Shown: positions 21,317 through 32,730, counted from the first letter of the stretch. The stretch: 64,000 nucleotides of DNA from Macrostomum lignano (GCA_002269645.1 NIVC01002556.1:1-64000), one strand, 5' to 3'. A program made the numbers and translations. The notes: generated from the sequence alone by a model not told the origin.

Positions 21317-24300
21317 TGTTAGATGTATTAATTTGATATAGACTTTTATCTATGGCTTGACCGCCACTAGCATTACAGTACAACTTGAATGAGCGGTGCC
21401 TCGTTCTAAGGCCACAATCAATAAAAGTGATATTGAGAGCTGCTCAACTGGAGCACTTAAGAAATTACCGAGTTAGCTAAAGGCTACATCAAAATTGGTG
21501 TTATAGTGTCTGTGCATCTAGAACCAACACTGGCGACGAGGATGGGATGATTCCAATCGAACCCCTGGAGACAGACGTGCCTGCCGAGGTCAGCAGATGG
21601 CTACAGCGATTCGAGGCTATAGCCAAAGTCAACAAGTGGAACGACGACGTGCTGAAGTATGCGTTCATAGCACAACTGGGAAAGAAGGCGTTCAACCTTC
21701 TGGCTGACGCTTCACTGCCAGCAAAGCCAGAGGAAAAGACCTTCGATCAGCTGAAGACGCTACTAACAAACGAAACGAAAGCATCGAAGTCGGGACTGGC
21801 CTATAGATACGCTTTCCACCACATGAAGCAGGAAAGCGGAGAAGACACGTCGGCCTATGCTAGGAGACTTCGACAAGCCGCGGACGACTGTGAATTCACG
21901 GACCTAAACGACAGGTTGCGCGACCAGTTTGTGTTTGGCTTGTCGAACAAAGACATCGTGAGGAAACTGCTAAGTGAAAAACTCGCAGATCTCACCTGGG
22001 AGAGGGTGACGTCCGTGGCAAGCGCATGCGAAGCCGTAGCGCGTGGTGAAAAACAGATGAGCAGCAGCGAAATTTTATCGGTCAAGAGGGCGGATCGACC
22101 GCGTTTGCCAGAGACTCGACAGAACGATCGCAAAGCGTGGCAGCCAACCGGGTACGGCAAGTGGAATCAACAAAGCCATCGCGACCAAACAAAATGTTTC
22201 TTCTGTGGCAAGGATGGACACCGCAAGGACGTCTGCCAGCACCGTTCAAAGACCTGCCTGAATTGCGGAAAGACTGGCCATCTGAAAGCTGTGTGTAAGT
22301 CTAATACATCAAGACCTGCTCAAGGGTCAAGACAGACTGTCAAGGTGAGAGCGATCGAACCGCAGAAAGATTCTTCAGGACCTGTAGGAGCACAGGACAG
22401 CATCTTCTCCGTAAATGGCAGCTGTGAGGAGCCCAGCAGGCGCAGGATAACAAGGCTTCAGCTGGTCAATGGGGCCAATCTTCATATGATTATGGACACG
22501 GGATCCGTCTCATCATTTGTACCTCTAAAGGTGTATCAAGGCCTTCCGTTAAAATCCAATTTAAGACCGACGGCCCAACGATTTACAGCATACCAAGGAG
22601 ATCCGGTGCGTGTTTTAGGAGAAGTTACTGTCAGAGTAGAGCGTGGCGGCGCAGTAGCAAACCTGCCATTGTTTGTCGTAGACCACAGAGATGTGGAGCC
22701 CATATATGGTTTGGACTGGATTGCAGAGCTGGAGCCGGAGCTTTATGTCGCCATAACCCAAGGTGGTAATGCTGACGCCACAGAAGAAAGGCAATCAAGT
22801 CGCATGTCTCCAGTCGACACCGTGAAGGCGTCACTATCGATCAGGCCAGGCGCAAAACCTGTTTTCTGCAAGCCAAGACCGATTCCATATGGTATTCAAG
22901 AAGACGTAAAGAACGAGCTACGAAGAATGGAATCTGAAGGACAGTTGGAGAAAGTGCAATCGAGCGAATGGGCCACGCCTATAGTGTGTGTCAGAAAGCA
23001 ATCTGGAAGTATCAGGATTTGTGGCGACTATAAGATAACACTGAACCCAGTCTTGAAAGACATGGTATCGACAACGCCATCGATAGATGAAGTGATGTCC
23101 AGATTGGGTCGAGCCCGGAAATTCTCCACGCTAGATCTCACAAATGCATACTTGCAGGTACCAGTCGACGCCGAGACAAGTCAGATGCAAACTTGGAGCA
23201 CTCCCTTTGGCCTGTTTCGTCCAACCGCATTGGCTTTTGGAGTAAAACAAGCACCCGCTATCTTCCAGTCACATATGGATAAACTCCTGCTAAACCTCGA
23301 CGGCGTGATATCCTACCAGGACGATATCCTCATCTGGGGCGAAAGTCAGACTGATCACGACGAAAGGCTCAACACCGTAATGAAGATCCTGGAAAACAAT
23401 GGACTTCGCATAAATGCTGAAAAGTCTGTACTAAACAAGTCGTCAATACGATTCCTGGGCTACGAGATCAGTGCAGATGGAATTTGCCCTCTAAAGGAGA
23501 AAGTGGAAGCCATTGCCGGATTAAAAGAGCCAAGCGACCTCAAACAACTACAGGCATTCTTGGGAATGGTCGATTTCTATGGACGGTGCATTCCTAACTT
23601 GGCTACGTTAAAAGAGTCATTGACCAATCTAACCAGGTCAGGTGTGCGATGGACCTGGGGAAGGCAAGAACAGAAGGCATTTAACACAATCAAGGAAAGA
23701 TTGCTCAACGCCGGACTTCTAAAGTCATTCGATCCAGCTGAAAATGTTATACTTACGACTGATGCATCACCGGTGGGACTGGGAGCCGTGTTGGAGCAGT
23801 CGTCCGGTCCTGTTCTATTTATCTCCAAGACGTTGACACAGGCTGAGAGAAATTATGCACAGATCGAAAGAGAGGCGCTAGCCATAGTCTGGGCGGTTAA
23901 ACGCCTCCACAAATATCTGCTAGGACGCAAGTTCGTGCTCAGGACGGACCATCAACCACTGAAATTTTTGTTCAACCCGGGAAAGGCCTTGTCTACAGTT
24001 GCTGCTGCTAGGCTACAGCGATGGGCGATCACACTCATGGAGTATGATTACGTCATCGAGTATAAGCGTTCCGAGGAGATCCCTGTCGCTGATGCCCTAT
24101 CTCGATTGAATAATAGTGCCGCGGAGAGCGAACAATTCGACGTCAACTCGATTCAGGACAGTCTACTTGATATACCAGTTGACAAGCAGCGGCTTAGGCG
24201 CACGTCAATGCTTGATCAGGAGATGCGACGACTGTTTGCGCTCGTCAAGCATGGCTGGAAGCCCGAGGAATCAAGGAGCTACCAACATACGCTCGAACTC

Positions 24301-25620
24301 GTGACGAACTGGTGATCGAGAACGGTCTTCTTTACAGAGGAATACGCCTGCTGATCCCGGAGGAGGAGCGACAAAGAGTTCTTCAATTATTGCACGACGG
24401 CCACATAGGCGCGGACAAGATGAAATCCATCGCCAGACAATGCGTATGGTGGCCAGGAATAGACGCTGATGTCACTAGGCATACCAAGCAATGCGTCGCT
24501 TGCCAGACAAATAAAGACTATGGAGCATCAATCCAATGGGCATCTTGGCCAGAGGAAAGCGAAAAGTGGTGCCGTGTGCACGCAGACTACGCTGGACCGT
24601 TTAAGGGCAACAAGTACCTGCTCGTAATAGTCGATGCCTACAGCAAATGGGCAGAAGTACATGTTACGCAGTCAACTACATCGGCAGAAACTATCCGACG
24701 TTTCCGAAGAACGTTCTCGCAAGAAGGTGTTCCCGCAACATTGGTTACTGACAATGGTCCACAATTCACTTCAGTGGAGATGGAGGGCTGGCTCAAAGGA
24801 AACGGATGCAGACACGTGCTCACGCCTCCGTACCACCCACGATCAAACGGCCTTGCGGAAAGGTTTGTGAGAGACATAAAGAACCATGTGGCGGCATCAG
24901 GAGGCGAAGACGATCTACAAACCAGTGTCGACCGCTTCCTTCTACAGTACAGGAACTCCCGTCACTCCACGACAGGAAGGGCACCTGCAGAGTTAATGCG
25001 AGGACATCTGCTTCGGACGGCAACGTTGACCTTGGCCAAAGAACCGGTGTGGGTAAAGACCTACAGGAACGAAACCGAGAAATGGAAGCCCGGTGAAATC
25101 GTTGCTAGAGAAGGTAAGAAAATTGTGGGCGTACAATTGGAAGACGGAAAACACGGCCGATATCATCTGGAGCAGACAAAGCCAAGGATTCCCGTTGAAA
25201 CTAGCGAGCCTCAGGAGAGCTCACAGCAAGGTGTTGCTGACCAGAACACAAGTAACCCGATAGAAGAGCCTGGACAACCTGAAAGAGGTCATCGCTGCCA
25301 GCGCACGCGGAAGGCACCCGACAGACTGAACTACTCAACTTTAGGAAGCCCGGATTGCGCGTGAACTGGAGTGAACTCGGACAGTTGCAGAAACTATCGG
25401 GAAGGAGTGTTAGATGTATTAATTTGATATAGACTTTTATCTATGGCTTGACCGCCACTAGCATTACAGTACAACTTGAATGAGCGGTGCCTCGTTCTAA
25501 GGCCACAATCAATAAAAGTGATATTGGGAGCTGCTCAACTGGAGCACTTAAGAAATTACCGAGTTAGCTAAAGGCTACATCAAAATTGGTGTTATAGTGT
25601 CTGTGCATCTAGAACCAACA
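21317..25620 (+). mobile_element. Ty3/Gypsy LTR retrotransposon B (Mag-like), nested in the gag of element A in opposite orientation
   Basis: 213-bp LTRs (21317-21529, 25408-25620) with 1 mismatch; 5-bp TSD CTTGG; PBS TGGCGACGAGGATGGGAT (tRNA-Ser GCU); PPT GGGAAGGAG. Confidence 0.97.
21547..25364 (+). CDS. Gag-Pol polyprotein of Gypsy B (2xCCHC, PR, RT, RNase H, IN), with one single-base frameshift near 24270
   Basis: CFFCGKDGHRKDVC and CLNCGKTGHLKAVC; MDTGS; YQDD; TDAS/EREALAI; HDGH...CVAC; integrase D-D-E. The alternative frame KELPTYARTRDELVIENG restores continuity. Confidence 0.95.
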
Positions 25621-25625
25621 CTTGG

Positions 25626-26303
25626 GTCTGTGTGGCTGCCTCCCTTGATGGCCTGGGCCTCCAGCAGTCCAGTTTCCAGTCGCTCCGCCAATTGCATAGC
25701 TGTCGCCAAGGTCAGCTCCGACTATATAAGCAGTCGCTCCCTGATGTGGTTGCTGAGCACTTTCTCGACGAGCTGGTCACGCAGCATCTCCTCCTGGAAG
25801 GTCTTGAAGTCGCAGTTCGAAGCCAGGTTTCGCAGCGCGGCAACGAAGTCGCTGATCTTTTCGCCCGGTCGCTGAGCTCTCTGTCGGAATCTGTGCCTCT
25901 CAGCAACTACGTTGACCTTGGGTCCGAAGTGCGTGTCCAGGAGCTTCAGCGTGTCATCGACTGTTGATGGCGGTTGCTCTCCTTCCTCCTGATTGCTGCT
26001 GGCCTGTAGAGACATGTAGATGTTTTGTCCCTCTGCACCCAAGCAGTGGATGAGCAACGCTTGTTTTCTTTGCTCTGGCAGATCGATGGCTCCCGATGCT
26101 AGCAGGTAATTGCTGAACATTGCTTTCCATCGGTTCCATTCAATCAGCGGTGCTCCAGCGGCTGGCAGAAACGGCTGCGGTGGCGAGATGTTGATACTCA
26201 TTCTGTTGGCTGCATCTCTGCTTGACTGTTGGGCTGCTGCTTGTTGGGACCCTCGCTGTGGGTCGCCAATCGCACTTGCATTTGCGCCTTCTGTGCTGCT
26301 CAT
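25626..26303 (-). pseudogene. Gag (N-terminal part) of Gypsy A, with an in-frame TAG at 25722-25724
   Basis: W..WKAMF...LLIHCLG...ERHRFRQRAQRPGE...LRNLASNCDF...LRDQLV gag motifs; the frame resumes after the stop and runs up to the nested insertion. Confidence 0.9.
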
Positions 26304-27296
26304 GGCTTGGCAGATTTTAGAGTTCGCGCTTGTGCTGAATCACGCTGGCACAAATCAATTGATTTCTCCGCGCGACGCCAAATGTAGTGAGCGAGAGAAA
26401 GCCAGTCAGGTTTAGTCCAACAAACAAAATTTAAACCCTCACCCGAAGGGTGGAGCTATTCTTATATTTACTCGAGAACGCATGTACATATACAAACAGA
26501 GCGCGCATGTACATCACATCCATTGACCCCCAAACACCAACTAGCAAAACGAACCAGTGAGTAAACTCACTTTACAACAAGAATCAGTGGTCGCAGCACG
26601 TGACAACGATTTGTCTATGGCTCGCGCGCGTTTGTTAGCTAAAATGTCTTGACTGTCCCTTTTTCAGTGTATTCCAGAATGCCATGTAGACTGTTCGCAA
26701 TCTACAATCTACAATCTACCGGCGCTCGCAAAACAATCGTTGTCACGCACTGGGGCCGCTGTTTCTTTTCATTGTATCGCTATTGGACGATCAAATCGTA
26801 TGAACTGTCTGTGGCATAGAAAAGTGAGACGCTCGTAGCAGGGGGGTGTGAAGAAAACTTGAAGAAAACTTTGATGTCTATGGTAGAGTGTATTCATACC
26901 CTTCTCTCTAGCCTATTTGACGATATTAGCATTGAGGATTACCATAGACAAAACTTGTATTGCAACGCACAAAAACAAACAAACAATGAATTTTAACGCA
27001 TAAAAACTACAAATAATGATCGTCAAATTGCTATACAATGCATTTTTGTAGTAATGGTATATTATACTGCAGATGAGTGCATTGACTAGCGTTTCCCTAT
27101 AGGCTAGCAGTCTATGGTCAAGAAAGACAATAACACGCAGTCTCGTAAGAAGTCTCTTTGGCCATAGACAATTTGAACAGAACAGTCATTTAAGCGAGCA
27201 TCAGTAAGAACTGTTTGCTGCGAGATATAAAGCTTGGGCAAATGCTACTTGAGTATGCAGAACTAAATTAATTAAAAGCGAGACGAGCGAAACTGT

Positions 27297-28084
27297 TTGC
27301 GGCGAGTTGTAGATGCCTATGGTCGCGAGTATTTGGCCATGCCGTCCCTACCATCCAAGAACCGGACAGCTGACGTTGACCATCCGGAAAAAGTATTGAC
27401 GCGAAGCATGCTCGTATTTACAACACGGAGGTCATTGATGTCTACGAAAGTCATTTACCATCGGCCGCTCAATCTTATTTGCCAAAGCCCCTTAAAGGAC
27501 TGCCTGGTCAACAGTTCCGGTTCTCTGAGAAATGTGCACGGGGATTTCGATTCCTACAAGATTTCATGAAGACCCTGAGTGCTAAAGCTGGATTGAGTAA
27601 AAATTACACTAATCACTGTATCCGGTAAGTGTTGACCTCTGTTCAAGAATGATAAATGTTTTACAATATTCGTTCAATAATTATTTATTCTATAACTTTC
27701 AGTGTCACTAGAGTATGCGACCTTGAAAGCCGTGGCCATTCGTTGCAAAGCATTATGATGGTAACGGGACACAAATGCGAAAAGACCGTGAAGCGATACT
27801 TAAGCACGCGCCGCGATCGGAGTTTGTTTAAGAGTTCCGAGGCCGCACATGATGCATTGCATCGTGACATTCCAAGCGCTGGTGAACAGGCCTCTGGTTC
27901 CGGCTTGTGTGCTGCTGAAAAATTTGATAAACCTACCGCCTGCACATCCGTGTTGACTGTCGCCAGCAGCAGTGTCGCTACGGTATCGTACAACAAACCT
28001 GTTCAAATCCAAGCTAGCCCGGCAAAAAAAATGCGTGTCAATATCGATGGCGGTAATAATTTGATAAGTATTGAATTTGAGTAA
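27297..28084 (+). mobile_element. Crypton-type tyrosine recombinase, C-terminal part, with a 78-bp intron (27625-27702) and a frameshift near 27388
   Basis: Spliced reading: FMKTLSAKAGLSKNYTNHCIR|VTRVCDLESRGHSLQSIMMVTGHKCEKTVKRY, containing HxxR, the GH motif and the catalytic Y. GTAAGT/TTTCAG junctions are in phase. Confidence 0.85.
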
Positions 28085-28549
28085 CGACTTTTTTGACAAG
28101 GATTTTAAACAATTTGTTGCTCGAAAAGGCTATTAACAAAAAACGTTTAATTGTGTTAAATACGTTTTTTAACTCCGTATTGTTTGCACGTTTGTCAGTT
28201 TTTCGTTATTATGAAATAAAAACCATAGACTATAACTTGCATACATGTTGACTTTTAATCTATGGACAATAACACGCAAGTGTGGACAATAACACGCATC
28301 CCGCGTGCGTGTTAATGAGTAGCGAAGTGCTTGTCAATGGATTGTTCTGCATTTTACCATGACCTTTGTGCCTGCTGGGCACTTATTCTTGCCTTTTAAT
28401 GCCATAGACTACATTTAAGCCCGCTTGCAGGACTTCAATGCTTTAAACTTACTTTACAATGCAAATTAGCGGGCAGTTAATGACATTTAACGCCCGATTA
28501 TTCTGTCCCACTTTGTCAAGGACAAAAATGTCTATGACACAATAATATA

Positions 28550-29129
28550 TACCTTTTTGCGATCTAGTTTGCCAAAGCTGCAATCAATTTTGCCCGCGGT
28601 AAATATAGCAAGATCAATGAATGGCCCAGAGTGGACCTTATAACAGGATTTCAGCGAAGGACCGGCAGCGATTGATTCAAGCATATCAGGATGGAGAGGA
28701 CTGGCAAGATTTTGGTAGGCTGTTGGACATCTCACGAAGAACCGTGGCTTACCTTGTTGGACAATTCAACGCAACCGGTCGTATAGAGCCTCTGCCTCGC
28801 GGAGGTGCCAAGCGGAGGTCCCTTAACAATGCTATGATTGAGAGCATTTGTGCCTACGTCTACCATTATAAACTCGCTGTTTATTGTTCACTGTTACAGT
28901 TTATTTCATCACACTTTTGAATTGATTCTCAATAAAAATTCTTCTTGGCTTGCTATGGGCAAACTAGGTTGCAGTTTTGGCAAAATTGATTGCAGTTTTC
29001 AAAGAGTTGTCTGTGGCTGAAACTCTGGTCATGACTGAGCAGACTTGGCCTAGACAGCAAAATTATAAGTGATATTTTTCCGCGGGCAAAATTGATTGCA
29101 ATTTTGGCAAACTAGATCGCAAAAAGGTA
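28550..29129 (+). mobile_element. Internally deleted Tc1/mariner (IS630-like) element, 580 bp
   Basis: TIRs of about 55 bp (TACCTTTTTGCGATCTAGTTTGCCAAA...) flanked by TA. ORF 28621-28920 encodes only an N-terminal HTH (ISRRTVAYLVGQFNATGRIEPLPRGG); no DDE domain. Confidence 0.9.
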
Positions 29130-29852
29130 TAGTAATACCACGGCGCCCTCTGGTTTTCCCATTAACGCCCTTAAAGCATGGGTATTAATGTACTATTAAA
29201 AATGTGAATAATGATCGTCAAATTGCTAAACAATGGAAAACGCGCACATTAAGCACAAAAACAACACAGTAGTCATAGACTGTTCATCAGAAGCTGCTCA
29301 TTAAAACTGAGACGTGCAATTCTTGAAGTGGCAGTGCTCGAAGAAGCGAACTGCGCGTTCCGAATCCATCCGACCTGCAGATTAATAGACAATGTAAAAA
29401 TTCAGTTTCTATATAGCCATTCGTATGGCCACTAATTTACTTACAATGATGATATATTATACTTACCATGCTTCACCCGCATCTTCTGTGTCATCTCCAC
29501 TGAAGCATAGGTCGCACGGTTCGTTCAGTCGTCGACAAGAAGATTTTTTCAATTAATAAGCGGGGCTGTTTGACGAGATGCACCAGCCAAAGTTGTTTGA
29601 CAAGAGAAGTAGCTTTCACTCGTACTCTACCCGCTTTCCTGATTTCTTGCAGGACACAAACGAAATCAGCACTCATCACAGTGTGTCCATGGTCAAACTA
29701 AGACACATCTCAGTCGTCTATGGGTAAAATAACTCACAAAACAGCCAATTAAAGCGTGATAAGAGTGTGAAATAATGACCGCTTCCGGCACGCTGAAATA
29801 ATGGCCGCCAGACTTCGCTATGCTGAAATAAAGGCCTCTATGTGTCTTATAG

Positions 29853-29960
29853 ACAATGACGTTGCGTAGTAGGTAAGGGTCTGAGGTGCGCTATGGGGCG
29901 TAGCGCACTCGTGTTTGGCCATTATTTCAGTCCCTTACCTACTACGCAATCTACCATTGT
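29853..29960. repeat. Nested hairpin (arms of about 32 bp with an inner 8-bp stem), possible transposon end
   Basis: TTGCGTAGTAGGTAAGGG(T/A)CTGA inverted arms; inner GTGCGCTA...TAGCGCAC. Confidence 0.75.
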
Positions 29961-30141
29961 TCCAGTCGATGCTTTTGCAAGGTAAAATTTCAATTTCATT
30001 TTGCCGTTACTGAGGCAAACAGACCGATTCTAGAACATACAAAGGGTTAACTTGTCTATGGCTAGAAGTTGGCTTTTGTCTATTAAAAGTAGAAGCCAAT
30101 TTCCCTCAGCACGCCCGCTACACAGAGCGGTATAGTCGAGC

Positions 30142-31014
30142 ATGAGTTCAAGAAGCTTCGTTCGATCAGAGCAGCGGTGCAGCTCAGTGCGCACAGCATC
30201 TCCGCTAATGCCAGCAGCAGTGAAGCAGAGGGCGGACATGCCGATTAAAAGCCGGTCACCGACGCGCCACAAGGCAAAGACCTCAGCTTCAACATCAACT
30301 TGGAAATCGGTCGGCATCGTCCGCTACGACATTCAGAAATCCCGCCTACTGCTCCGTAAGCGGCAGCCGCAGCAGAGGCCCAGACGGCTGCACCAGTCAT
30401 CCTGGACCTACCTGCCGCTCTGCAGCACCTCTAGGACGGCCTCAACCGCAGGGCGCAGTCACGGCAGCAGTGGCTACAGGACCGCATCGGTAGAGGCCGA
30501 GCTTTCTTCTTTGGCAGCCAGCCAGTCAGCTCGGGTGGCGTCCAACAGTCGCGAAGGAACCAGCCAGCATTCCATCTGCATCACCATCTGCAGCAGCGGC
30601 TGCAGTGGTGTGAGCAAGCCAACCAGCTATGCAACTCCCGCAGCGGGTGGCACTACCGCCGAGATGAGCTGCAGTGATTCAGACCGGATGTCGGGGCAAA
30701 CCGTCTTGGCCGTGGCACTGCCACCTGCGGCTGATGTCTACGAGACAGTGAAGACTCCTGTCAGTGATGAAGCGGACAATGAGAACAGCTTTGTGATTGT
30801 GAATCAGGAAGGCGGGATAAGCGTCTCGGATTCCAAGATTCAGAAGGCAGTAACTGTAGCTGCGTCCTCCCGCAACCAGACGGCAAACGTGGAGGCTCAA
30901 GGACTCGGGAGGGAGGAATTCAGCGTCAAGGCCGGTGAAGGTGTGAATGGCGTTCTCAATAGACTTCGAAACTGTCTCGCGGAGTTGTTGACGCGGTGCC
31001 TCAGGACCCCGTGA
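30142..31014 (+). CDS. Hypothetical Ser/Ala-rich protein (290 aa)
   Basis: 873-bp ATG-initiated GC-rich ORF in AT-rich surroundings; no recognised domain. Confidence 0.4.
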   Translation: MSSRSFVRSEQRCSSVRTASPLMPAAVKQRADMPIKSRSPTRHKAKTSASTSTWKSVGIVRYDIQKSRLLLRKRQPQQRPRRLHQSSWTYLPLCSTSRTASTAGRSHGSSGYRTASVEAELSSLAASQSARVASNSREGTSQHSICITICSSGCSGVSKPTSYATPAAGGTTAEMSCSDSDRMSGQTVLAVALPPAADVYETVKTPVSDEADNENSFVIVNQEGGISVSDSKIQKAVTVAASSRNQTANVEAQGLGREEFSVKAGEGVNGVLNRLRNCLAELLTRCLRTP

Positions 31015-31942
31015 TACGGTTGTGCATTTCCTGCAGGCTGAGGAATGCATCTTCGAGGCGAAATAATTTACACCACAAATGCCAAAGCTTCACGCCGCTC
31101 ATAGATTAAGTACAGGGAAAGTAAGTGTATAAATGTATATGCATGTAAATATGCACGGAAACTTTCTTTAGTTTACCATTCTGCTATTAGCGTGTTATTA
31201 GCTGTTGAGGAATGACTGTGCAGTTGAGCCTGCAAGCCTATTCTCCTCAGTTTGTTCACTAGCTTTCATGCGTATTTTGGTGCATCTTGAGTGAGGTGCT
31301 GACGAGCCCGCTTTGAGTTATTTCCCTTTGTTTGTATCTCTTATTGCAGCATTTTTATTTCTGTAGCTTTTTCTCATTTCTAAGTTTACACATGGCTTAG
31401 GAATGTAAGCGAAGTGCCTCTTATGCGAGTGATCAGTTTGCAGTAGCTGAGACGGCTCGACTGTACATACATTTAGCATTTTAAGAGCTCTTTAAGCCGT
31501 CTATAAGAGATCGCAAGCAGCAAGCAGCCGCTGCAGTTTTGCAGCTCTCTTTGGTTTTATCTGCGACTTCAAGACCAGAATTGATGGATTTTTTCTTTGG
31601 AACGAATCTAACATTATTCGAATTAACGATTCTGCTTTCAGCGGATCCTGAATGGGAAAACAGTCATTAGCGTTTCTGAGGGAAATTTTCGAAGATTCTA
31701 AGGGTGTTAAGGTGACATAAACCTAAGGATTAAAATATAATATTTAACATACGCTCCTATCAGTGAGTTGTCAAAGAAGTGACTAGAGATCACTGCAGCG
31801 CCAAGGAGTTATATGAAAAGTGAGAACAAGTCAACCTCCTCATGAGTTGATGAGGCTATTGGGGTGGTTAAAAGTTGGTGACAGAGGCCAAGAGTTGGTG
31901 GTAAAGTTGACTAAGAGTCGTTGAAGTTGGCTAAGTGGCCAA

Positions 31943-32730
31943 GAGTCGGTGAAGGAGGCAAAGAGTCGGTGAAGAAGGCAAGAGTCGGTGAAGAAGGCAA
32001 GAGTCGCTGAAGAAGGCAAGAGTCGGTGAAGAAGGTAAAAAGTCGGTGAAGAAGGCAAGAGTCGGTGAAGGAGGCAAAGAGTCGGTGAAGAAGGCAAGAG
32101 TCGGTGAAGAAGGCAAGAGTCGGTGAAGAAGGCAAGAGTCGGTGAAGAAGGTAAAAAGTCGGTGAAGAAGGCAAGAGTCGGTGAAGAAGGCAAGAGTCGG
32201 TGGAGGAGGCAGAAATCAGTGAAGAAGGCAAGAGTCGGTGAAGAAGGTAAAAAGTCGGTGAAGAAGGCAAGAGTCGGTGAAGAAGGCAAGAGTCGGTGAA
32301 GAAGGTAAAAAGTCGGTGAAGGAGGCAAAGAGTCGGTGAAGAAGGCAAGAGTCGGTGGAGGAGGCAGAAAGTCAGTGAAGAAGGCAAGAGTCGGTGAAGG
32401 AGGCCAAGAGTCGGTGAAGGTGGCCAAGAGTCGGTGAAGAAGGCAAGAGTCGGTGAAGAAGGCAAGAGTCGGTGAAGAAGGTAAAAAGTCGGTGAAGGAG
32501 GCAAAGAGTCGGTGAAGAAGGCAAGAGTCGGTGAGGGAGGCCAAGAGTCGGTGAAGGAGGCAAAGAGTCGGTGAAGAAGGCAAGAGTCGGTGAAGGAGGC
32601 AAAGAGTCGGTGAAGAAGGCAAGAGTCGGTGAAGGAGGCAAAGAGTCGGTGAAGAAGGCAAGAGTCGGTGAAGAAGGCAAGAGTCGGTGAAGAAGGCAAG
32701 AGTCGGTGGAGGAGGCAGAAAGTCAGTGAA
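31943..32730 (+). repeat. Purine-rich 19/20-bp minisatellite, roughly 40 copies
   Basis: GAGTCGGTGAAGAAGGCAA and variants. Confidence 0.95.

Larger units (their letters stand above)
19911..26579 (-). mobile_element. Ty3/Gypsy LTR retrotransposon A, internally deleted and non-autonomous
   Basis: Identical 197-bp LTRs (19911-20107, 26383-26579), TG...CA ends and a 5-bp TSD AGAAT. On the minus strand, a PBS TGGCGTCGCG... follows the 5' LTR and a PPT AAGGAGGAGGGTGAA precedes the 3' LTR. Confidence 0.95.
19663..26776. repeat. Fold-back (X-S-rcX-S') duplication interrupted by the Gypsy insertion
   Basis: 19663-19803 is the reverse complement of 19893-19910 joined to 26585-26700; the spacer 19807-19870 recurs in direct orientation at about 26715-26776. 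Confidence 0.8.

Noticed and set aside
29330-29680. Possible second Crypton C-terminal fragment on the minus strand (...RFFEHCHFKNCTSQF, with a GT-AG intron)
   Set aside because: An upstream in-frame stop and no catalytic motifs; too little evidence to call.
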